Positions 10,865 through 21,279 of a DNA stretch of 34,825 nucleotides are shown one piece after another. The position numbers were made by a program, and so were the translations under genes. The number at the start of each line of letters is the position of its first letter. Positions within the stretch are counted from its first letter, which is position 1. The DNA is from Octopus bimaculoides (Eukaryota): NCBI RefSeq assembly GCF_001194135.2, contig NC_068987.1:48439894-48474718 (forward strand), read 5' to 3'. The notes beneath the pieces were generated by a model. It did no database searches and was not told the DNA's origin. It saw nothing but the letters and a program-made list of their open reading frames with translations.

Positions 10865-12012
10865 CAGCAAAACTTTAGATTCAGATGAATATGGTACTTA
10901 AGTTGAGGCACCAGAATTTAGTATGGTATTATCCATACAATTTCAAAGTAAGGTGATTAAAATCAAAATAAACAACAAGGATATCCAAAGGTAATGCAGT
11001 ACAATAATTTCATGCAACTCCATTTAATTGAACATATGCAGAGTCTTCAAGACTAGCAGGAGCTAGGAGAAAGAAACCATGACTCACGAGTTGTTGCAAT
11101 AAGTTATTCTCAGACCAGAGATCTAATCTAAATGTTTGTAACTAAAGGAATCCAAAGAGCCTAGGGTGATGGTGTCCAAATGTTCAATGAGTTATATTTA
11201 CCATTTTCACTAACAGGGAGTTTGGTTTAACTTAATACTATGTTTGAAAACATGTCCAAAATATTGCACATAGTAGACTTTTATCTGGAACCACAATGAA
11301 CTTCTTAAACTAGGCAGCTATGTCTGCTGCACCCAACTATCAATACATGCATTAAAAATTGGAACAATATGTTATGGTAGAGTTCATGCTTTCCTCCGAA
11401 ACAATTTGATTTTTGTAGAAACTTGTTTTATGAAGCAGCAGGCTCTTCTTTAACAGGCAAGTATACATTTTTATTTCCTGAGAGAGAGAGGAAGAGAGAG
11501 AGAGTGTGTGTGTGTGTGTGTGTGTGCATGCATGCACACATGACAGATTTATGGTTTACACTTTAAATTATATTGTGTAATATTTTTATTATCACACCAA
11601 GTTTCAAAGGAATGTGTGCATTTTCTGAGTTAACAACAGGAAGGTCGTCTGGTTGGAGAAAATCTACCTTGACTAATTCTGCTTGATCCATGCAAGCATG
11701 GAAAAGTAGACATTATGATAAGCACAAAACTGGAAAACAATTATCATGCAAGAAGGTTTTGTTTCAAATGGGAATTTGATTTTTGTAGAAGGACAAAGTA
11801 AATATCTAAGGAAGAGTAAAAGAATATAAAACTGAATTTAAAGCCACAGTGTTTGTAATATGACCCCCAGATCATTGACCTGAGGGTGGTATCAACATGA
11901 ACTAGTAATCAACAGTATTTCTTTCTCAAAAACCTGTTGATGCTGCTTCACATTCTTCAATTTTATTTAATGAAGTGCTTGTACAGGTGATTAAATACTT
12001 ATCAGAAATATA

Positions 12013-12504
12013 TACATTATTTACAATGGATGGATAGGTGTCCTCAACTTGTTTGTTGTTATCACAACGTTTGGCTGATGCACTCTCCAGCTTTCATCAG
12101 GCGTTCTGGTGGAATTTTGAACCCAACCCTTTATTTGACTAATGGGGTACACTGTTCTCATTCCTAAGGTCTGTTGTTTATGTTATTTTTCTGTTGATAT
12201 TATTTTTCAAGTCCCTGCCAGGGATCAAACTTAGAATCCAAGGGTTAATAGTGGATAAAAGCACAAGCTACTAACACTTGGATTCGAAGTTCAATCTGAG
12301 GCAGGGACTTGAAATATAAAATCAATAGAAAAATAACATCAACAACATAACTTAGGTATGAGAACAGTGTACCCCATTAGTCAAATAAAGGGTTGGGTTC
12401 GAAATTCCACCAGAACGCCTGATGAAGGCTGGAACATAGATCAACTGAAATGTGTTAACAACAAACAAGATGAGAACACTTATTCGTACATTGTAAATAA
12501 TGTA
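12013..12504. mobile_element. Head-to-head inverted pair of a tRNA-headed element with a hammerhead-like tail
   Basis: About 240-bp inverted arms; Pol III A/B-box-like sequence at the centre; CTGATGA...GAAA motif near each outer end. Confidence 0.7.
12414..12456 (+). ncRNA. Degenerate minimal hammerhead ribozyme motif (mirror copy at 12061-12106, minus strand)
   Basis: AACGC-CTGATGA-A-GGCTG-10 nt-CAACT-GAAA-TGTGTT; mirror copy AACGC-CTGATGA-A-AGCTG-10 nt-CAGCC-AAAC-GTT-GTGAT. Each copy has a core lesion, so both are probably inactive. Confidence 0.55.
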
Positions 12505-12554
12505 CATAATCCTCATCCCCACAAAAATAGACAAATAATATATAATATATATGA

Positions 12555-12970
12555 CCATCTTAACATCCACTATTCCATGCTCACATAGGTTGGACAGAAT
12601 TTAGTGTGGCAGATTTTTTTACAGTTGGATGCTTTTCCTGTTGCTAACCTACACCTGTTTCCAAATAGGGTAATATTTCCCCAAAACCAGACGTGTTTTC
12701 ACAGAAGACTGTAAATGAACACCACCACTTGCATGAAGGTGACACGTTTTACAAACTATCATGCAAAGTCGAGGTAAATAGACTGTAACACACACATATG
12801 TATATATACAATGAGCCTCTTTCAGTTTCCATCTACCAAATCCACTCACAAGGCTTTGGTTGGTCCAGGGCTATAGCAGAAGTCATTTACTCAAGGTGCC
12901 GCACAATGAGTGGAACCAAATCCAAAACCATGTGGTTGGGAAGAAAGCTTCTTGCCACACAGCTATGCTT
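12555..12970 (-). mobile_element. SINE family A, near full length (tRNA-like head plus tail)
   Basis: Head reverse complement gctgtgtggcaagaagctttcttcccaaccacatgg...gatttggtagatggaaactgaaagagg; tail at 12555-12790. Confidence 0.8.
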
Positions 12971-13559
12971 GCATCTACTTTTTATTTAAATTATTTAAAG
13001 GTCACTGGATATTTATTAACAAAACCAATTTGAGTAACCAACTACAAAAAAATAAATAAATAAAAAAACAGAATATGCTTAAAGCTCGTTCTTTACTGAT
13101 ATCATTGCCAGGACTGACTGCTTTCATCTAGGTTTTGATAAAATATAAACCAGCCATTAAACAAGATTAAGTCAGTTGACTAGAAACTTCCTCAATGATT
13201 TGTGGTTTTGTACCAAGGTAGGGATAAGTGTCAGAGGCTAGATGGTAAGAGTAATGAGATGGGTTGTGTAGGGAGGAGGAGTCTAAGCTTATCCTATATT
13301 ATAAGGGTAAGTACAATGGAACTTTGGCTTATGAGTTAAGTTTGTTCCCAAAGGCTATTTGTCATCTAAAATGTTCATAAACTGAAACTATGTTTCCTAT
13401 AGGAAATTCAAGAGAGAGCATGGAGAATTCAGACAGGAACGTGCACTGAGTGAAAGCTAAATACTGACATTCTCCTGGTGATATTACCAGCTTGTTGCCA
13501 ACCATAGTTGCCACCTTGCATGGTCATTACTTGAGATACCATTCATCACCCAGGATGTT

Positions 13560-14225
13560 TTATGTTAAAAAAATTGTTTGTAAATTGATTTGCTGGTGAT
13601 GAGAGGTTCACAAAACTGAGGTCCCACAGTAAAGGTGACAGGCATGAAGGCAAAAGGGAACATGGAAAAGAGAGAATAGACAAGGTAGTGAGGATCCAGA
13701 GAGAGCCAATGAAAGCAAGGCATGGGCCTCGTGCTGGGTAGACCAAAGTGACAAGATCGTATTAAGATAGAAGAGAAGCTTTGGAGAGGGGAACAGTGAG
13801 AGAAATTGCAGAGATAGAGTGATGGAAGGCAGGTCAGTAAGCAAGGATAATGATTGAAGTTAGTGGGGGAGTGATGAGGATGAGAGATATGAGTGATACG
13901 AATGATAGAGAGATGACTGAAGTGAGTGGGGTAGAGGGATGGAAGAGGGAAGGTGGGTATCGATAGAATAATGAGAATGAACAGTCTCTCATACATAAGC
14001 CTAGCAAAGAATGGGGAGAGGCAGTGACAGAGTGATATAGGGGCTAGCAATTTATAGTTTGTAAGTTTCACAAGTGGTGGGGAGATAAGAGATGGTGGGT
14101 ATGAGTAATAGAGGGAGGAGAAGACTGAAGTGAATAGGGAGGTGAGTGAAAAAGGGAAGGTGATCACCAAGTAGATGAGAGGGGTGTAAATGATGGTAGC
14201 AAATATAGGGTGGGCAAGCTGAAGA
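13560..14225. repeat. Purine-rich low-complexity segment, probably a decayed unclassified repeat
   Basis: Strong G/A bias on the plus strand; no recognisable protein motif. Confidence 0.35.
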
Positions 14226-14319
14226 TGTACATATATACATATCCACACACATATAAACATATATATATATGCATATACACACATACATGTAAGTATATAC
14301 ACATAGATATCCCAAACTT

Positions 14320-15555
14320 CTATCATTATCGTCATGGTTGGTTGGATTTTCTGCAGCACTACTTATTATCAATTAATACTGTCCTTTGTCATCTCCCTGT
14401 GAGATGCATCATCTTTGGGTCACCCTTTATCACTTCATTCCATGTCTTCCTTGGTCTCCCTCTTCTATAGCTTACACTAACATGGAGCATATGGCACTTC
14501 CTTATGCAGCAGTAATCCTCCATACACACATCATATGACCATGCCAACAGTCTTCTCTCTTGCACACTATACCTGATTCTCCTTATACTCAATTTTTCTC
14601 ACAGCTCATTTGTACTCTGGTGTTAATGCACAATGACATTACGCATCTATCTATCAGTGCATGCTAGCTTCTTTGTCTTTGCAGGTCTTCTGTATTCAAA
14701 GCCCACATCTCACTACCATGCAGGAGTTCAAACACATGGATCATACAATCTGCCCTTCACTCTGGAAGAGAAAGCCTTTGTCACCAGCAGAGGTAATAAC
14801 TCCCTGAACTTTTTCAGCCAATTCTTCCCTACAGTACTTTAAGAGCACCACCTTCACTGCTAATTATGTCACCTAGATGCCTGGCATTTAAGAGAATCTA
14901 TTTCTAGCATGCACTTAATGCTTATTGCTCCAGTGCATCTGTCACATACAAAGTCTGCTTTCTTTGCTAACCTGCTTGTAATTCCACATCTCTTGTGCAC
15001 CCATTGCTTACACTGAGTATAGCATAGGGAGTTCCTACCTGCTCCTTTTCTGCACATCATGCAAGGCTGTATCCCTGAGGGTGCAAGGAACCTATCATTT
15101 TAGCTTATGAACACTTTAGTCTAAGCTAAGTTTATTTAGAGGTCTCTTGTTGCTATGTATTATTTGGGATTTCTTCAAATTCCTCTATACAGTCTTCCAT
15201 AAAAGCATACAGAAGTCCCCATAGACATCCAGTTTTTAACTCTTTTGTTGATGGCATATAGAAACATGATGAAAAGAAGGGGATTGAGGATTGAGCTATG
15301 AAGGACTACCAAATTTATTACTGAACTCATTACTGACTCTTACTTTACAAACTACATCTTTGTACACAGCTTGCACAATCCTCGCACACCATTCATCTAT
15401 GCCTAGTCTTTTTAGCCATCACTAGATTACCAAGTACGGCACTGTCAAAGGCCTTCTGCATGTCAATGAATGCTAGATATAGTAGCTTGTTCTCAGCTAA
15501 GTACTTTTCCTGCAGTTGTCTACCTAGAAAGATGGTATCTGTGGTACCTCTTCCA
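14320..15555 (-). mobile_element. Internally deleted RTE-clade LINE fragment (RT motif, PHD-like finger, C-terminus)
   Basis: GRGTTDTIF..RQLQEKYLAENKLLYLAFIDMQKAFD (RT); CMMC..C..H..C..CDRC; GRPRKTWNEVIK. Confidence 0.85.
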
Positions 15556-15997
15556 GGCAGTGTGGTTAAGGTGTTCACTCTGCAACCACATGTTTTTGAG
15601 TTCAGTCCCAGTGATATCTTGAGCAAGTGTCTTTTACTGTAGTTCCAGGTCAATCAAAGATTTGTTAATGAATTTTGTAGATGGAGAGTGAAAGAAGACC
15701 GTTATATGTATGTTATGTATGTGTGTGCATGCGTATGCCCCCTTGTCTTGACATTGCATGTAAGTTGTAAACCAATGTCACTGTTACACAAGCAATGTTC
15801 TTTTGCTGCAATCCTCTATGAAAACATTTTGAACGTTTGTGCCATTTGTATTCAAAGGACAAGAGGCAATATTATCTCAGATAACAACAGGTGAAGGTTG
15901 GTGAGAGGAAGAGCATCTGGTCATAAAAGATTTGTTTCTAAGAATCTCGTCTGACCCATGCAAGCATGGAAAAGTGGGTGTTGAAGTGATGTTGATA
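15555..15997 (+). mobile_element. SINE family A, near full length
   Basis: ggcagtgtggttaagg...gcaagtgtcttttactgtag...acccatgcaagcatggaaaagtggg. Confidence 0.78.
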
Positions 15998-16194
15998 TAT
16001 GGCTTACAAAAAGACATGTATACACAGATTTAAACACATCTTCTCTCTCCTCCCTCTCTCCTACTGAGGTAGCCATGTATCGCCTTTACTGCAAGACCTG
16101 ATCCTTTATCCATACTCTAACATCTCATCACCTGACACAAAACCACCTCCCTCAATACTACTCCCCACTCAGTTGAGGAGTCTTGCAAAAAGTT

Positions 16195-16375
16195 ATTTGG
16201 GTAACCTTACTGCTGCTGGTGCCACACGTAAAAAGCACCGAATACACTCTGTAAAGTGGTTGGCATTAGGAAGGGCATCCAACCATAGAAACCGACAGTA
16301 GACTTGCCAGCTCCTGTCAATCCGTCCAACCCATGCCTGCATGGAAAATGGACGTTAAATAATGATGATAATTAT
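16195..16375 (+). mobile_element. RTE LINE 3' terminal fragment
   Basis: gtggttggcattaggaagggcatcc...ccaacccatgcctgcatggaaaatggacgttaaataatgatg. Confidence 0.75.
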
Positions 16376-18645
16376 GAAGATGCATGCACACACCTTTATT
16401 TAACCTCGGTAAGAGTTAGTAAATTGAGAAGTACTCCAGAGGTTTCGTCCACATCTTAGTTGTCAAGAAAAATATTAAAATGGAGTCAAAGAGAGATTAT
16501 TTTTCTACTTGCAGCATTTTTGTGGTTACTGATCACATGAAGACGTAAACATCAACTGGCTAAAAGCCAAAATTAGACCCACCCATAACCTTAGTTGTTA
16601 AATTTCAGTATGTTGATGAAGATGCAGTGAAATTCCAGAAGTAGACCAACTTAGAAACTCTCATGTCAAACTGAATACGACCGAAATCCAAGTTGATCGT
16701 GTCATCTACACATACATCATCCAAAAATTACAATAGACTTCCCTGCGCAGTAGACTGTCTTAGTAATCAAAAGACAAAAGCAATCTTTATAGATTTTCTA
16801 TCAAACTAAACTGAGCATTCAAGTATGTTGCTTCGTTTGAATTCAAGAGAAAAAAATCATAGAAAAACTTCAATAAGTGACTAATTTAGTTGTTTCCTTG
16901 TTTATACAAAACATTGTCATTTTTTCAATGCCAGTTGATAAGTGATTTACAATTTAATTACTTTACTTAATTACTTGAACTGTTATTTACAGTATATAAA
17001 TGAAAATTTCCCCGTGATTGCTTTACTTTGTCAAAACTATGACTTTTATCATATTTGGCTAATGCCTCTGAGAATTGCATGAAAGTTGCATAATCTCATT
17101 TCCTCTCGTTAAAAATCCAGATCTACATAAAAAGTCAGATCTACATAAAATTCTGACGTGAAATTCAATATTACTGATGATCAAAGTCGATAAAAGTATA
17201 TTTAGAAAACAAAAAAGCAGGTGAAATATGTTAGTAAAAAATGATGAGAGGAAATATTTACTTTTTCGGAAAACCAAACGTTAGCTTAGTTCTTTAAGTT
17301 TACTAATTTTTTTACGTTAACTTTGGCACACATTCTGTATCCAAAAGATTTAATCACTATTAATGAACCTATATAGAAACATTGATGATGTCCAGATACG
17401 CTACAGGTGATCCAAACGGAAAATAATGATATTGTTGCTCCTATTTTCTTCTATAATAGTTTCAAATTTAGGTACATAACCAGAAATTTTGAAAGGTGGA
17501 GGCTATTCGATACCGTCGACTCTAGTATAAGTCCAGAAGGATGATAAAATGAAACTAATTAAAATATTTCACTACAGTCAAAATATAAGCAAAACTGCCA
17601 ATTAATTAAGAACAACATATAATAAAATATATTTAAAAATTTACAGAGTTCTTGACTTAAATCTTTATACATATTTAAAGTTATATATTTAACTGCTATC
17701 CATCAGTCAAAAAGGTTCGAATCTAAATATTAATATAAACCGAAAACTAAGTTTCCTAACTACGACAATCATAATTGTAGACTTGACAAACTAAAAGTAC
17801 ATAACATATTATTTACTACGAATAACCTTATTTGTTACGCATTTATCTGCATAAGTATGTATAAAAAATAAAAATTGCTTTAAAATTAAGAATAGCTATC
17901 GGAAAAAATGAGTCAAATTGGACGAGAATGTCTATTCTTAGTAAGAACACCAAATCTTAAAGTGAATCCAAATGAATAGGTAGCTGAAGCTGTAAGGTAA
18001 TATCTAAACTAAGACAGCCCCTAAGGTCCTATCAATCTTAGGTATCATCTTTACAATATATTATTAGAGTGTATTCCTCACAGCCGTAGAAAACCCAACT
18101 ACGAAGTAGTCAGTTCTGCTACTCATTTGTTGCGAATATGCAAACAATCCCGGATATCTTACGCCTAGCAATTGTTTTCTAAATAAATATATTAAACCCT
18201 GATAACAATAAATATGTTATAATAATCATAATGTTGTTCCTACTTTCTTCGTTAATGAAACCTAACATTTTAATGTGGTTGGGGGAGGGTTTTTTGTTTA
18301 TATATATATATATATATATATATAAACCATTGACAGCTGTAAGAACTCGGACAATATCACTCGTAATTATCTTGAAAGGTTGGAACTGCTAAACCAAACA
18401 AATTTCTTGCTGTAAAGGGAACATATGTGTATATAAAGATGTTTCTACTACTACTAGTAATAATAATACAGAAAATATTTAGAAAGCCGGGGACCAACAA
18501 AGGTGGAGGTAGATGAGGTGATTAGAAAGAATAGCATACGAACAAAATCCTTAAATTGACTTTTCGCTAAAACAGAGCAGTTATGTTAGTATACCTGTGT
18601 ACATTAAAAACAAGATATTGTCAAAATGAATAAATTCAGCTATAC

Positions 18646-18708
18646 CTGAAAATCATTTCGTGTGAAATCTATGCCTCTGACAAACGGTAACACCCCAGTG
18701 GCTGCCAT
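18646..18708 (-). CDS. FLII: Flightless-I coding exon 1 ([21 protein letters not shown])
   Basis: ATG at 18708-18706; 63 nt; peptide matches the FLII N-terminus (human [20 protein letters not shown]); donor CAG|gtatag, phase 0. Too short to appear in the ORF track. Confidence 0.96.
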
Positions 18709-18746
18709 TTTGCCGTTCTCTTAGTGACGTCACAGCTGTTCCGGAA
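18701..18746 (-). promoter_or_regulatory. FLII proximal promoter cluster: YY1/Kozak motif, CRE, E-box and ETS-like site
   Basis: CAAAATGGCAGC (YY1-like) overlaps the ATG; TGACGTCA (18725-32), CAGCTG (18733-38) and TTCCGGAA (18739-46) abut each other. Confidence 0.55.
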
Positions 18747-19569
18747 AATCAGTTCTCAAAACTTAAGTATTTTAAGTTGCGTGTGGTTGTCTCTAAATTA
18801 CATACATAAGGCAACTATCTACTTATGTCTTCTAACAGTTTCACATTTTAATATGGATCAAAATTGTTTCGGGTCTAACGTATCTAAAATATATTTCACT
18901 TTTTTAAAAATTTATTTATGGCTGAGTCAGATGAGTTAGGGTTACGCCCATGAACTTCATGCAAGACTTCCAAAACAGCTGAGAGAAAGGGAAGAAAGAT
19001 ATTGAGCTATCGTCGGATTGGAAAACAATCCGAATGCTTGCTACAGAGTGAACTCCATTAAAAGCACCCAAGTGTTGGATGTGAAGGGTTAAACTAGACG
19101 ACGGAGTGGGGCTACCCCAACTACCCAAGAATAGGTAGACTTTATCTGACGAGTTTCTGTGTACCCAATATCAGTTACAAGGCTTGGATCGGCACAAGGC
19201 TTGGATCGGCACAAGGCTATGATAGTAAACTTTTGTCAAAGGTGCTATGCAACTGGATTGAACCTGGAACCACGTGATTTCAAAGCAAATGCCTTAATCG
19301 TACGGTTATTATAATTCCATTCACATTTTGGAGGTGGGGAGGGGTTTGATTATTATAATATGGTTAGATAAGAAGCAGCTTTCATAAACAAGAAATAATG
19401 TTTCTATACATTTAGTATATTAGTTTATAAATTACTTATGTACAAAGTATATCTGTATTATGTTGAGAAACATTTCTGTAAAGATGTATGCAATACTTAT
19501 AGCTTTACAGTATAAAAGATACAGAGAATGTTCTAGTTTAATCTGTTATGTACCATGTGTCCATTATTA

Positions 19570-19714
19570 TTATAAGCATGATTCTACTGAGGTTGATTTT
19601 TGCCTTTCATTCTTTCAGGGTGAATGAAATAAATATCAGTTGAGCACTGGGGTTAATGTAATTGAGTTACTCCCTTCTGTGAAATTATTGGCCTTGTGCC
19701 AAATTTCAAACCAT
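19570..19714 (+). mobile_element. SINE family B, 5'-truncated
   Basis: gaggttgatttttgcctttcattctttcagggg...ggccttgtgccaaatttcaaacc. Confidence 0.7.
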
Positions 19715-20270
19715 TGTAGCAGTGATTCGAAACCTAACCATCAGGTAACCTGTCAGACACCACGACTAAACCACAGTAGTTTTACGTGATCAGTCTATGA
19801 AGCAACCAATCAGCAAGAAGCTGTCGCATGATTCAGTCTTCTAGAATCTTCTTTGGGTACCCTATAAAAAGCCACTTTTGGAGCCTACACTCTTTGCAAA
19901 GTATTGAGAATGGCTGACTCATTCATATGTCTCACCTCTTACCATGCAGAATGTGGAGATAACTGAACATGTGTCTCCATTCTTGCCATACCAGATGGTC
20001 AAGACAGGTAGTGCAGATAAACGACCAAGAACCTCTATTGCCACAAAGATAGCACAATTGTTTTCAGTTATGTTGAGCAAATTGCATGTTGCTGTACAAA
20101 TAGATTTCTGTAATCTCAGAGCAGTATTTCTCTCCAAGTCTGTAATTATTGCTGTTGTTAACTGTAAATGGCCAACAGTTTATCTTATGTACAACAATAA
20201 ATTCTTCTATTAAATGTTGTTAGTGGTATGAATAATAATAAGAAATTTCTTTTGGTGCTTTTATAAAACA
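19715..20270 (+). mobile_element. Possible solo-LTR-like segment (CCAAT, TATA, AATAAA)
   Basis: Begins TGT directly after a SINE end; AACCAATCAGC (CCAAT at 19806), TATAAAA at 19863, AATAAA at 20196; ends ...AACA. No convincing TSD. Confidence 0.3.
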
Positions 20271-20290
20271 TATCTATATTCCTAATATAG

Positions 20291-20495
20291 AGATCATCAT
20301 AACCACCACTATCAGCAACTGCTGCATCACATTATGTCTGCTTCTAATCAGTATATAGTTCTGGTTAAGTTCAAAATTCAGGAATTGGCCAATGAATTTT
20401 ATTCAGCATTTAAAAACACTCAGTTCAATTCAATTGAATCAGATATTTGTCATTTGGTTTATATAGCTAAAATTGAAACAATGAAATCTTCTGAG
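20291..20495 (+). CDS. BRAP: BRAP/IMP (BRCA1-associated protein, BRAP2 domain) homologous exon; functional status uncertain, possibly a pseudo-exon
   Basis: SASNQYIVLVKFKIQELANEFYSAFKNTQFNSIESDICHLVYIAKIETMKSSE aligns with human STPNQYMVLIKFRAQADADSFYMTCNGRQFNSIEDDVCQLVYVERAEVLKSED; donor GAG|gtatgt; candidate acceptor aatatag|A GAT (R-D); no other BRAP exon found. Confidence 0.75.
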
Positions 20496-20801
20496 GTATG
20501 TTTTACTTTTACATTTTATATCATCATTATTTTCATTCTTCTTTCCAATTTATCAGCATTCTTTTCAGCATCTTCCAAGTAATATGTCAGTCAACTTCTA
20601 TTGTATTATTGACATAATCGAGTACTTAAAACAGTAACTTTGCTGATGGCAAGTAATAGATCCTTCATATTTTTAAAGATAAATACCACAAAGTAGCTGA
20701 GATGACAGCCAGCTAAATGAAGAGGACTTAACAATAATCATTCCATCACTTTCAATATACTGTATCCCTGGTAACAACCCTTCATTTTAAAAATATTAAA
20801 C

Positions 20802-20811
20802 NNNNNNNNNN
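20802..20811. other. Assembly gap (10 N)
   Basis: N run; true size unknown. Confidence 0.99.
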
Positions 20812-21279
20812 AAGAGCAACATATCTTTCAACCTCTTAGTTGGATCTTTTTCACTGTCCAGGTTCACTGCTAGAAGCAGGCAATGTACACAAGATCCTGT
20901 GATGAAAAATCTTGCTTAGATTTGGTCAAACATCATTTGTTCCTAACATCTCATTAATTTTCTGGTTAATTTTTTTCCAGTTGTATTGATAGGATCACAA
21001 GAAATAAACACATTTCACTCCTAATTCTAATGAAATACACTGCTTATGTGTAAAAATTAATTTTGAAAAAAAATTAAGAATTTGAAAGGATTTAGTAGCA
21101 TAATTAACAAATTTGTTATCTAATTACCTGATACTGCCCTTTGTCATAGGATATCAAAATGCCTGATATAACCTTTATTTACTTATTCATTTTGAAATCA
21201 AAATATCAGTGTAAATATCATTACTGTATTAACGATGACACATGGTTTCACTAGATAAACACTCAACCAAATTTGACAA

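Noticed and set aside
13565-14359. Longest ORF in the track (264 aa, minus strand)
   Set aside because: Translation of a pyrimidine-rich low-complexity tract and (TA/TG) repeats; no domain motif and no splice or start context.
15393-15653. 86-aa ORF with an RT motif
   Set aside because: Chimeric: it starts in a SINE and runs into a broken RTE fragment; not a gene.
18640-18645. Possible U12-type donor at FLII intron 1 (GTATAG)
   Set aside because: Does not match the U12 consensus GTATCCTT; all nine donors look like ordinary U2 GT sites.
19944-20213. 89-aa ORF upstream of the BRAP exon as the BRAP N-terminus
   Set aside because: No resemblance to BRAP N-terminal motifs; it lies in the LTR-like segment.
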